Shown piece by piece: positions 1 through 10,017 of a stretch of DNA of 64,000 nt. Position numbers and translations under genes: made by a program. The DNA is from a virus, in the IMG/VR virus record IMGVR_UViG_3300045257_000045, positions 4,092 through 68,091 of that record. One strand, written 5' to 3'. Numbering within the stretch: the stretch's first letter is position 1; each line of letters starts with the position of its first letter. The notes beneath the pieces were generated by a model, which worked only from the letters and a program-made list of their open reading frames with translations, was not told where the DNA came from and did not search any database.

Positions 1-207
1 CGTCGCCCGCACAAAGTCTCCGTAGACAAGCCAACCGGCTTCGCTAAACGCAAGTTAAAACGCTGGGTTCGGCGCATCGAGAAAAACAACGCTCAGATGC
101 GTCTGTTCGACAACCAGCAAACCCAAGATCACGGCTATACCGCCTACACCCAGGCGTAGCCAAACCATTTCACCCCACACCAAAACCAAACAAAAAGGAC
201 AAACAAC

Positions 208-588
208 ATGCAATTCGAACTCAACAACGACAGCATCACCATCGAAGGTAGCGGAAACGCCGCCACCATCGCCCTTCTCGTGGCAGCACTGGAAGGACTC
301 GGCACCCCGGTCACCCCGGCTTCGCCCGCGTCGGCACCCGCGCCCGCTTCGGAGCCGAAGGACAGTATCTACAGTGACACCTTCAACGAAATCCTCGACG
401 CCTACGACGGTCGCCCCGATGCGACGCACAAGATCGTAGCGTTCCGTCAGCCGGTAGTCGGCGACAAGTACCTCGATCCGACCGGCTTCACGGTGAAGCG
501 CAAGACCACACCGCGTGAGTTCGGCCCGCGTCTCATCGTGGAAGTCGTGGAGCAGGATAACAGCTCCGACGACAACGACGGCTTCTAG
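208..588 (+). CDS. Hypothetical early protein
   Basis: 126-aa ORF, AAGGA RBS in an A/C-rich leader. Confidence 0.75.
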   Translation: MQFELNNDSITIEGSGNAATIALLVAALEGLGTPVTPASPASAPAPASEPKDSIYSDTFNEILDAYDGRPDATHKIVAFRQPVVGDKYLDPTGFTVKRKTTPREFGPRLIVEVVEQDNSSDDNDGF

Positions 589-632
589 GCTCTAACAGAG
601 CTACCTCATCAACCTCCCTGTATCACCCTAAC

Positions 633-669
633 GCCGCCTTGGAGCATACAGACTCCCAAGGCGGCTTTC
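633..669 (+). terminator. Hairpin / intrinsic terminator-like element
   Basis: GCCGCCTTGGAG...CTCCCAAGGCGGC stem followed by TTTCT, between two ORFs. Confidence 0.5.
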
Positions 670-691
670 TAATTCCAAGAAGAGAAATATC

Positions 692-1117
692 ATGGAAACG
701 AACATCGCAATCAACGTTACTTCGGCTATTGTTGGTACCTACGATAGCCCGACACCTTTTGAGTTCAGCCTCGGCGGGCACAAGGCAGTCATCACGCTCA
801 CCAACATCCCGCGCGATATGACGGCGGAGCTGGAAGCCGCCAAGCGTCGCCAGGAGCAGATGCGCGAGTCGCGCGACTCCTATCTGAAGCAAAGCAACGA
901 GTTTGAGAACAAAATCCACGCCTTAGAGCGGCAGGTTGCCAGTACCGAGGAGTCTGCACCGCGCTCCGCCGTCTCGGACGACACGATGAAGGAGCTTCTG
1001 CTGTACATCAAGTCGGCGGACATGGCTAACGCGAATTCCCGCATCGTCGTGGCGCGGCTTGTGACTGGATGGAATTCACAGCGCGCTCAGTCTTTCGTCG
1101 CAACCAACGGTCTGTAA
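692..1117 (+). CDS. Hypothetical coiled-coil protein
   Basis: 141-aa ORF with central heptad-rich segment. Confidence 0.75.
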   Translation: METNIAINVTSAIVGTYDSPTPFEFSLGGHKAVITLTNIPRDMTAELEAAKRRQEQMRESRDSYLKQSNEFENKIHALERQVASTEESAPRSAVSDDTMKELLLYIKSADMANANSRIVVARLVTGWNSQRAQSFVATNGL

Positions 1118-1133
1118 CCAAGGAGAGAACAAC

Positions 1134-2414
1134 GTGCCTGAAGAACCTGTTCCCAACATCTTCGAAGACCTAGTACCGCTGCAAATCACGGCGGACGAGG
1201 GCGAGGCGGACGACAACCTAGCCCAGTGCTCAGAGTGCAACTGCGACTTCGCGGAAGACGAACTCGCCAACGGTCGCTGCGAAACCTGCAACGAGAACTA
1301 CAGCACATGTGGACGCTGCGACGACGCCGTACATAACAGTAACACAGTCACCGTTAGGACCAACAACAGCCGACGCGGCGGCGAGGAAACGTGGTGTGAC
1401 GATTGCTCCTCTCACTCCTGGGACTGCAATGATTGCAACAACGTTTTCAGCGACAACGTAGACCATCGAACCGACCCAGATGACAACCGCGTCTGCGAAC
1501 GATGCTACGACGAACACTACGGGTACTGCGACTCCTGCGAACGCACAATCCCCGCCGTAGTCTTCGGCGCGGATGGGATGTGCCAGGAGTGCTACGACAA
1601 CCACGAACGCGACGAAGACAACGAGGGCGACAACCACGAACGCGACGAAGACAACGAGGGCGACAGCCAGGGCGGACGAATCCGCGACTACGGCTACAAA
1701 CCCGCACCAATCTTCCACGGCAAGGGGCGGCAGTACGGCGTAGAATTGGAAGTCAACTGCAACCTGAACACCGCCGAAGATACGATTCACTTGCTGGGTG
1801 GCGGCGACCATATCTACCTCAAGGAAGACTCAAGCATCGACTCTGGCGGCTATGAGATCGTCTCACACCCGCACGACGTCGCGGAGCATCGCAAGCTCTG
1901 GAAACCGTTCTTCGCCAACGTGCCAAAAGGCATGACCGGCTACAAGACCGGCGAGTGCGGGATGCACATCCATATCTCGCGCAAGGGTCTGACTGACATG
2001 CACATCCAAAAGATGGTTGTGTTTCTCACCTCAGAGGGCAACAAGGACTTCATCACCGCTGTCGCTCAGCGGGAGTCCTGCACGTACAACAACCGCGCGC
2101 CTAAGAAGCTCAGCGACACCTACCACGGCAAGCACGACGCTCTGAACACAGCTAGCGGCGTCACCATCGAAGTGCGCATCTTCCGCAGCACAGTGCGGGA
2201 GGATCGCTTCTTCAAGAACCTGGAATTCGTAGACGCTATGGTTCAGTGGACTAGCTTCCTGAGCTATCGCAATCTCGGCTATGCAGGCTTCGTCGCGTGG
2301 GTGAGGGATCGTCGCAAGGAGTTTCCAAACCTCTTCGCCTACCTCGTAGAGCGTGGCTACACCACGTTACCGCTCAAGGACATCGTCAAGGAGACATTCG
2401 CCAAATGTGCTTAA
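1134..2414 (+). CDS. Putative amidoligase (COOH-NH2 ligase, glutamine-synthetase-like fold) with N-terminal CxxC zinc-ribbon repeats
   Basis: Motifs YGVELEV, KEDSSI, GYEIVSHP, CGMHIHIS, TIEVRIFRST; many CxxC pairs in N-terminus; AAGGAG RBS. Confidence 0.85.
   Translation: MPEEPVPNIFEDLVPLQITADEGEADDNLAQCSECNCDFAEDELANGRCETCNENYSTCGRCDDAVHNSNTVTVRTNNSRRGGEETWCDDCSSHSWDCNDCNNVFSDNVDHRTDPDDNRVCERCYDEHYGYCDSCERTIPAVVFGADGMCQECYDNHERDEDNEGDNHERDEDNEGDSQGGRIRDYGYKPAPIFHGKGRQYGVELEVNCNLNTAEDTIHLLGGGDHIYLKEDSSIDSGGYEIVSHPHDVAEHRKLWKPFFANVPKGMTGYKTGECGMHIHISRKGLTDMHIQKMVVFLTSEGNKDFITAVAQRESCTYNNRAPKKLSDTYHGKHDALNTASGVTIEVRIFRSTVREDRFFKNLEFVDAMVQWTSFLSYRNLGYAGFVAWVRDRRKEFPNLFAYLVERGYTTLPLKDIVKETFAKCA
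1595..1665 (+). repeat. Perfect 33-bp in-frame tandem duplication (DNHERDEDNEG x2)
   Basis: CGACAACCACGAACGCGACGAAGACAACGAGGG at 1595 and 1628, plus a 5-bp partial copy. Confidence 0.95.
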
Positions 2415-3220
2415 TCATCGCTTCGTTCCAAGGCACCCTGCCATCCAAGGAGCTGCTTGAACGCGCCTGGGAGGACAACAACCACGGCTGGGGGATCATG
2501 TGGGCGGAGAACGGCACCGTCCGCAACGTCAAAGGATTCCGCCTTGACAGCTTGATGCGCAACGTCAACAACCGCGAAGGGTCGCCGTTTGTGGTGCATC
2601 TTCGCTGGGCGACGCATGGGCTTGTCAACACACAGAACTGCCATCCGTTCAAGGTCACGAAGGGATTGCAGCTTATGCACAACGGCGTCATGCTCCAACC
2701 CGAGACCGACAAGGACATGAGCGACTCGTGGCACTTCGCGCAGGAGTTACGGGACCTGTGCGTCAAGTATCCCGGCTTAGACACTAGCGACAACGAAGAC
2801 TCGCTGGTGGCCTTCACCGAGAAGGTCTGCGGTACAAGCAAGATCGCCTTCATGTACAGCGACGGGACCATCGCCATCGCCAACGAGAAGATGGGCAGCG
2901 AATACGAGGGACTGTGGCTCAGCAACGAGTACAGCATCCCCAGAAACGACGAAGACCTCTACGCCCAATTCTTCGGCAAACACCAAGAGCGCAGTAAGAC
3001 ACAGTGCATCCGCCCCGAGGGGTTCTTCGCTGACGGCGAAATCGTGGAGATCGAGAACTATGACTGTGACTACTGCCAGCAACCGGACGACAAGCTGTTC
3101 GGCTACGAAGGGATGCTGGTCTGCGCTAGCTGCTTAGACTGGGCAGTGCGTGAGGATCTGATCTGTAAGCAGATGGTCACCGCTGACCAGTTTGACGACG
3201 TACCGTTCTGGGTGAGCTAA
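2405..3220 (+). CDS. Class II (Ntn) glutamine amidotransferase
   Basis: Start re-called at ATG 2405 giving MCLII (Cys2 nucleophile); HLRWATHG, NCHPF, HNG, SDS motifs; AAGGAG RBS; overlaps amidoligase stop. Confidence 0.88.
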   Translation: MCLIIASFQGTLPSKELLERAWEDNNHGWGIMWAENGTVRNVKGFRLDSLMRNVNNREGSPFVVHLRWATHGLVNTQNCHPFKVTKGLQLMHNGVMLQPETDKDMSDSWHFAQELRDLCVKYPGLDTSDNEDSLVAFTEKVCGTSKIAFMYSDGTIAIANEKMGSEYEGLWLSNEYSIPRNDEDLYAQFFGKHQERSKTQCIRPEGFFADGEIVEIENYDCDYCQQPDDKLFGYEGMLVCASCLDWAVREDLICKQMVTADQFDDVPFWVS

Positions 3221-6200
3221 ATGGAGTACGGAGCGGAGTTTCTATACAACACCGACATCAAGCCCACGGTCAAGGTGTCGCGCGGCAAAGACCGCGAACC
3301 CGTCTACCTGCAAGCAGTCGGCGCGTATGAAGCTGAGTTCATGCGGCGTTTGACAGACTGCATCAACGACCACATGAATCTAGCGGAGGGTCTCTAATGT
3401 GCGCCTTCTGCGAACCAACAACGTTAACAGGCGTCGCCTTGTTGCTGGCGACGTGGAGACTGTGGGCGCATCGCCTGAGCAACGTTTGGAGGAGACGACA
3501 ATGTCGGAGACTAAGCCCTACTACACACGTTCGCTAGACGATTTTCCAGACGACGTTATCGCCCGCGCTAGACAAGGTGAGCGCGGCTGGTACGCCGTTC
3601 TCAACAGCCCCAACAACATCCACGGGCGCAGTATGCCTGACTTCTCGTCTTTCGGGGACACCCGTGAAGAAGCAATCGCACGGTGCGCTAAGGTTATGCG
3701 CGACGACGATAAGGGAATCGGCAAATACGCCCCCCATTCATGCTTCCGAGGGTACGCCCTACACTGGATACTCTGCGCTCACTGGGCGCACCGGATGGGC
3801 GAAGAAGTGGACGCTTTAGGTAGCTGGATACCGGATAGGTAACGTCATGGACGACCCTAAAGCGAGGCTCATAGCGCTGCTTGAACACAGCCGCGACAGC
3901 GCCCAGGAAATGCTCAGCGGCACCGAGAACTACGCCGACAAGCAACTGCATCGCCACATCGAAGCTATGGACTTGCAGATCGGCGTCGTCAACGGCGCGC
4001 GTAGTGACTACGGCGTCAAAAAGAAGCGTGTAAAATAGGAGCACAACAATGCCGCGCTACCGATTCAACGACTGGAGCCCCTTGGATACAAAGCAGTTGG
4101 ACACATTCGCGTCCAAGCTGGATACGCTAGCGAAGCAGACCTTCGGCATCGACCAGGATGGAGATTGCCCTGTATCTGTTCGCGTCTTGGACCGTTCCCG
4201 GTATGAGCCGATGCACTGGTGGGTAGTGCCTTACGAGCACACCGCCAAGACCGCCGAGGAGATGGAGCGGATCGAACAGGCACTGCTGTCGAACCTGGAC
4301 ACAGCGCTGGATGCTTTGCAACGCTTCAGAGCCATGCACCAACGAAAGAGGACATAAATGCCCGCACCCGAAGACGTAGTGGAATACGTAAGAGAAATGG
4401 CGGAGGAATACACGACGCTGCGAATCCGCGACAGCGCAGTCAGGGAGAAAATCAAACAGATGGAAGCTAACCGAGGCAACCGGGTGTACATCAACGCTCT
4501 ACGCTGGGCCATCGGCGTAGGGAACGAGGACTTGTAATGCCCGACCCCGTAATCACCTGGACGCGCCCGATGTTGGAGCGCTTTAAGACAGCGTACGACG
4601 CTGCTACCGGCGACACGTTCGTGTTCGACGGCAACGAGTTCGTCGTCGCCTACGCAAGATACCTCATCGAATACCTGGAGGCAAAGCTGTGAATCGTAGA
4701 CTAAAATTGGTCGCTGACGCAAAGCTGGGCGACATAAACGGGTGGCAGCAACGCCACAACGACGCTATACTAGGGCCGAAGCAAGGCTTTGAGCACGCCA
4801 TCGTCCACATGCTGGACGCGTGGCTGGAATACGCCGAGACGCACCAGATTCGCTACGAATCCAAGATTGGCGGCGACGGCGTTCTGGGTGACCCGTGGGC
4901 GGAGATCGGGCGCGGCATCCTGCAACTTCTCAACGGCGACTGTGGGCGCATCGACTGCGGCACCATCGACGCCTTAGTGCGTAACACACTTCGTAAGAAC
5001 GGCGTGGAGGAAGAGTAATGGGACCGTGGTGCGAGGCTTGCCACTGGAAGGGTTGGCTGCTCTGCGAGAACGACGTTCATGGCTGGCGCATCGAGCGCTG
5101 CGACGCTTGCTTCCTCTACGCAACGGACGAGGAAGCCGTCAAGGCAGTGGCAGAGCAGGCAGAATCGTGGCTGCTCCATCAGGAGAACGACGAGTAATGC
5201 AGACACTAGAGCAGAAACTGTCTGAGCTGGTCGGTGAGCTGGCCTTCCTCAACAGCGACATCGTCGGGATGCGCCTAAACGGGCAACAGAAGCCGCAAAC
5301 GCACGGCTTCGGCTTTGAAGAGAACGCCGCACACGCTGTCTATCAGTATTCCAAGGTAGAAGACATCGCTCTAGCGGCCTTGAGCGCAGTGCGCAACATG
5401 AAATCCCTGCTGTAAAGGACACAATGCAACTAGAACTACAAGCCTACGAAGTGGACGCCGGTCGCTGGGTCTCTCACCTGACATACAGCGGAGGAACGCA
5501 TACCGTAACGGTAGCGCTGCGCGACGCGAAAGAGCGCCGTGAGATGTACCCAGGAGCGCGCTACCGCGTGATTATGGTGATTGACGAATGAGCGACATCT
5601 TCCCAACAAACCACCAAGAACTATTCATCTTCGCTATCAATAAGGCCCGCAGTGTCAACGGCGAATGGGGAGGATGGCAGGATGCGTACCGACTTCGCTC
5701 CTGGGCGCGCAGGTACGCCGCTACTCACCAGCTAACCGCACCCACGGACTACGACGCTTATGGGATTTACTACGCCGACGACTTGCTGGGTGCTGACGAT
5801 AGAGCGGAGCTAGACGCAGAGGGGCTGCTGTGAGCGATACTGGAATCGTGGCAAACGACGTAGACACTACCATCACACCGGACAGCCTCAACCCTCCGAC
5901 ATGGCAGGGCAGGAAGCTGTCCTGGAGCGGCGAAGGACGCATCCCCGAGCCTGGGGAGATCGTCTACGCCGAGACTGGCTCTGAAGAGACAGAGGAAGGC
6001 ACCGTCTTCCACGAGGCGCTGGGCGTCGTCACCGGCTACTGGCAGGCGTATGGCAGGCTTGGCGTTAAGGTGAAGCTGCACGGTACGGACAAAGTCGTCT
6101 ACAACTTAGGGTCGGAGATCGACCTGAACCCGCCGTCTGAGGATGGCGTTGCGAATTAAACAGTCTTGCCCAGCACCAAGCGAGGCAACCGTCTTGTGGG

Positions 6201-6629
6201 AACTGGAGTTGAAGGGTCTACCCAGTTTGGGACGTTAAACTTTCTGTAATCTTCCGGTGTCTGTTCCAAGAGCAACAGCTTTGCAGGGTCCGTGAATCCC
6301 TGCGCCAATTCGAAGGAGAAACGATGAAAAACTTCAAAGTACTACAGATCGGTATGTCAGCGGAGCGGCAACTTAGGAACGCTGCCTTCGCAGCCAATCT
6401 TGAGCGCGACGATCCTAACCCATTCCCCGCGCCTAGCGGATTTGGCACCGGACGGTGCGAGTGCTGCGCCAAACCGATCTCGCGCAACAAGTCGGTGTGT
6501 ATGCTCTGCCTGAAAGTCGCGGCAGGGAAACTAACTGCCGATACGATGCGGGCCGCTAAGGGCAAGATGGTGGGCAAAGAAGTCTACAACCTGCACCTCG
6601 CTGACCTCGAAGGACAGAACCATGCTTAG
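3221..6629 (+). other. Cluster of small coupled early hypothetical genes (e.g. 3221-3397, 3501-3842, 3847-4038, 4049-4357, 4358-4537, 4537-4692, 4689-5018, 5018-5197, 5197-5415, 5424-5591, 5588-5833, 5830-6159, 6324-6629)
   Basis: Head-to-tail ORFs with TAATG/ATGA/GTGA overlaps and GGAG-type RBSs; several are below the 60-aa cutoff of the ORF track. Confidence 0.75.
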
Positions 6630-6747
6630 ATTTATACTGCGCCTGCTCTTCAAACCCTCGCCGCGCATCGTCGGCAAGAACGAAGCGGTGCGGCAGATGT
6701 TGTCTCTGTCCCAAAACCACTAGACACTATAACCAGGAGGACCAGAA

Positions 6748-7185
6748 ATGACGAATCCATTCTTCGTAGTAAAGAACTTCGCAACGTTTGACGACGAACG
6801 GGTGCGCGACCTGTTGGTCGGAGCCTTCGAAGGTGGCTCCAACTACTGGTACATGATCGAGAGCTACGACTACGGCGGCGGCTACGGTCCTGCCGACTTC
6901 GTACCGGGCGGCAGAGCATTCATCGAAGGGTGGGCTGGATTACTCGCCTACATGCTTCCCTTCGTGGAAGGGTGCTCGTTGCTGATCTCCTCCCCCGCCA
7001 CTGATGACGACTCGGAGCGCAAGATGGACAAGCTAGACCGTGCGGCGTTGCAGAAGGGGCTAGCACTGATGGCGAAGAACTACGGGTTCACGCACTACGC
7101 CGACTTCGTCAACGAGAACGACGACGCCAACACCGCCGACGTGTTCCTGCAACTATCCCTGTTTGGGGAGGTGATCTTCGGATGA
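6748..7185 (+). CDS. Conserved phage hypothetical protein
   Basis: AFEGGSNYW and DANTADVFLQLSLFGEVIFG resemble a recurrent uncharacterised phage family; AGGAGG RBS. Confidence 0.7.
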   Translation: MTNPFFVVKNFATFDDERVRDLLVGAFEGGSNYWYMIESYDYGGGYGPADFVPGGRAFIEGWAGLLAYMLPFVEGCSLLISSPATDDDSERKMDKLDRAALQKGLALMAKNYGFTHYADFVNENDDANTADVFLQLSLFGEVIFG

Positions 7186-7961
7186 CGCTTCGAATCGACG
7201 GCCAATTGGTTACCTCGCTGACCAACGACGAGCTAGGAGCTACGCTGCAAGACCTCTCTGACGAGATCAAGCGACGCAAGCTCGTGTTCTACGGGACACT
7301 GGAATACACCAAAGCCGGGGCTGACGCCGTCATGGAAGTCGGCAGCATGATCCGCAACATTCGGGATTACTGAGGAGACGGCAGCATGATAAAGAGACAC
7401 GTTGTTTATTGCAGGTTTTGCTGGGCAAACCAAGGGGCTTCTCGAAAGGCCACGCACATAGCCGCCCAGTCCCACAACGAGGGAATTACTATCACCTGGG
7501 TGCCCATCTGCGCCTCTGAAATCAAAGGGTGGAACGATGGCGGGGACTGGAAAGCGCCGATCTACCAGCTAGGCCAGTTAGTGCCGCACAAGGAGACACT
7601 GTATGGTTAAAAGACGAGTCAGCATAACCGTGGAAATCCATCTCGTGGAGTACGAAGACGACAAAATCCACTACGTTATAAGCCACCACGGACAAGCCTT
7701 CAACAACAGTTTTACACCGCTTATCAAACTCGGTGCCAGCGTTGCTATCGGCAGCGACATCATCGACAAAGCGTGGAAAGAATGAGCCGTAGTCACTACG
7801 AGCTTATCATACTCCACCGAGATCTGGTTTTGGAGTTGATGATCTTCTGGAACGAAGTCTACCAGATGTCCGAGTGGGTAGGACCCATCGAAGCGGTGCG
7901 GAAGCTACGCAAAGCAACGCTGGACGAGCTTGCGGCGCGGGATCAGAAGTTGGGAATATGA
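7182..7961 (+). other. Four small coupled hypothetical genes (7182-7373, 7386-7610, 7603-7785, about 7782-7961)
   Basis: Overlapping start/stop codons, RBSs. Confidence 0.65.
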
Positions 7962-7989
7962 GCGACAGCACCACTGCCGGGTGGATCAG

Positions 7990-8199
7990 ATGAAGTGCTT
8001 CTTGTGCGGTGGCGAGACAGCCAGCAAGGTTACCAACCTAACGGCGCGGGTACAAGGTAAAGCTGTGCCTGTCACGGTGGAAGCGACAGTGTGTATCCGC
8101 TGCGACTTCGCTGTGCTTAGCGACGCGCAGAGCGATGCCTATACCGCAGAGGGTGACCTGGTTTACAAGGAGATGTATACCTTTCGGAAAGGAGGATAA
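7990..8199 (+). CDS. Stand-alone MqsA/YgiT-type zinc-finger protein
   Basis: MKCFLCGG...VTVEATVCIRCDFAVLSDAQSDAY matches the MqsA N-terminal pattern (MKCPVC...CVHCEES...ESDAF); no HTH follows. Confidence 0.7.
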   Translation: MKCFLCGGETASKVTNLTARVQGKAVPVTVEATVCIRCDFAVLSDAQSDAYTAEGDLVYKEMYTFRKGG

Positions 8200-8377
8200 C
8201 ACGATGATACTTTGGATTAACGGCGCACTGACGCTCGTGGGAGGATCTGCCCTTCTGGACCTGTTCAAGACACTGCTGATGTACTTCCCGCACTAGCGTG
8301 TTTTTGAAACTTCAAAAAATTGTACTGGAATTAAGAAGCCAACAAATCAAAAACAAATAGGAGAAAACAAAACACAC

Positions 8378-9310
8378 ATGGCAAACGAAGCCCAACAGGG
8401 TGCATTCAAATCCGGTGTCATTCTGAAGCTGCTACCGGAGCAGATCATCGTAAAGAGCGGGGATAACGGACGCTACGTAGACCCGGATCGTCGTCCGCTC
8501 ATTCTCAAGATCATGGAAGACGGACGAGTCAACGTCCCGCTTGTAGGCCGGAAGATCGAACAGAACCAAGTCCAGCTAGTCGCCGGTTACGGTAGGCACG
8601 CTGCCGGTACGTTCATCAACCTCCACCTCACAGACGGCGTACTGACGAAGATGATTGAGGAGTCGGGGCGAACAGGCATTACCGTGCCCGTAGCGCCTAT
8701 CAAGCTGCCAATCATCCTCGAAACCATGAGCGCTGAGGAAGCGTTCCTCCGCAACATCTCGGAGAACGACGACCGCACTGCTACCACGTTCGTGGACAAA
8801 GCGTTCAACATCCGCAAAGCCATCCAGGTCTTCGGCAAGACCGAGGACGAAGCGCGCTACCTCTACCCTGACGCCACCGGTAAGCCCAAGAGCGCCGCCT
8901 GGGTCAGCCAGATGCTCAAGATTACGACACTGGGTAAAGACATCCTGGCCGACATCGTTGTGGGTGAGCGCTCCGCTAACGTTGCCTTCGCTCTGGCTGA
9001 CATGCCGGAAGAAGCACGGGGCAACGTTCTCGCCCTAGCTAAGCAGACGGCGGCAGAGACCGGCACGGCTGTGACTGCAACGTCCGTCGTCGCCGCTGCC
9101 CGCACAACCGGTGCTAAGACCGCCACCGTGGGTCGCAAGCTCAAGGAAGCCAAGACGCTGTTCGAAGAGCACAAGCTCGACGGCGCTCCGTACCACTGCC
9201 GGGAGTTCTGCAAGACATTCCTGGCCTGGGTCGCGGACGAGGTCGATGACGCAGTGATGAGCCGCGCGTTCTACAGCAGGTTCAAAGAGTCCCCGAAGGA
9301 CTCGAAGTAA
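8378..9310 (+). CDS. ParB/Srx-like N-terminal domain protein
   Basis: VNVPLVGR...QLVAGYGRHAA and NISENDDR motifs followed by HTH-like SAAWVSQMLKI. Confidence 0.75.
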   Translation: MANEAQQGAFKSGVILKLLPEQIIVKSGDNGRYVDPDRRPLILKIMEDGRVNVPLVGRKIEQNQVQLVAGYGRHAAGTFINLHLTDGVLTKMIEESGRTGITVPVAPIKLPIILETMSAEEAFLRNISENDDRTATTFVDKAFNIRKAIQVFGKTEDEARYLYPDATGKPKSAAWVSQMLKITTLGKDILADIVVGERSANVAFALADMPEEARGNVLALAKQTAAETGTAVTATSVVAAARTTGAKTATVGRKLKEAKTLFEEHKLDGAPYHCREFCKTFLAWVADEVDDAVMSRAFYSRFKESPKDSK

Positions 9311-9335
9311 TTGTCTGTTTACACTTCGCATCAGC

Positions 9336-9365
9336 TTGACACACACATCTAGTGTGCGGTATAGT
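9336..9365 (+). promoter_or_regulatory. Sigma70-type promoter, conserved phage motif copy 1
   Basis: TTGACA-CACACATCTAGTGTGCGG(18)-TATAGT. Confidence 0.85.
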
Positions 9366-9371
9366 TGGTGT

Positions 9372-9690
9372 ATGAGCGTTTACACAGCCACCGTATCAAC
9401 AGTGGGTAGGACTCCTAAACAATCGAAGGTCAGCCTCGCAGGCCGCACCTTCAGATACTAAGGCGAGTCTTCCCCGGCTTTACAATCGCGTCGGTCCGGG
9501 AGCGAAGACCTGCACAGGCGCAACAAAGCGAGAACGTTGGGACTAAGCGTATATAAATGGGGCCGCAAACAGGTTTATGGCAATAGGAACCTTACCATGT
9601 ATATCCACGTCTCCGCGCAGTCATCAGAAGCACCCAGCCTCAGACTTTCGGGTCGGTTCTAGGCGCTGGGGTAGTAATATGAACCGGTCC
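9372..9690 (+). ncRNA. Candidate structured leader/ncRNA (or replication origin)
   Basis: About 330 nt without a long ORF directly after a consensus promoter; several hairpins identifiable by eye. Confidence 0.4.
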
Positions 9691-9703
9691 ACAAAGGACA
9701 ACG

Positions 9704-10015
9704 ATGAACCACAACTCAACTAACGGAGTGGAGGGGGCCGCTGTGCCCCCTTCCCCCGCCTCAGATAATAGGCTGTGTGCGTCGTGCGACACGCCCTTAA
9801 CACCCGCACGACTCAAGGCGCAGCCGTGCGCCAGCCAGTGCGTTCCCTGCTTGGAAGCAGCGGGCGACGTGCTGAAAACACAACGCTACGATGAGCAGGT
9901 GGGCGAGGAGATCATCCCCACCTACTTCCGCAAAGCGTCGTCCTATCTGCAAGCCACAATCATTCGCGCCAAAGGGGCGACCGGCTTCAGATCCTTGACC
10001 GAGGAGAACAACTAA
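9704..10015 (+). CDS. TraR/DksA C4-type zinc-finger protein
   Basis: CASCDTPLTPARLKAQPCASQCVPC fits CxxC-x6-RL-A-P-x4-CxxC. Confidence 0.8.
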   Translation: MNHNSTNGVEGAAVPPSPASDNRLCASCDTPLTPARLKAQPCASQCVPCLEAAGDVLKTQRYDEQVGEEIIPTYFRKASSYLQATIIRAKGATGFRSLTEENN

Positions 10016-10017
10016 CA

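Noticed and set aside
1595-1665. CRISPR-like repeat (with a Cas4-like nuclease at 10018)
   Set aside because: The copies are adjacent with no spacer and in frame within a CDS; the nuclease is a typical stand-alone phage exonuclease and there are no cas1/cas2 genes
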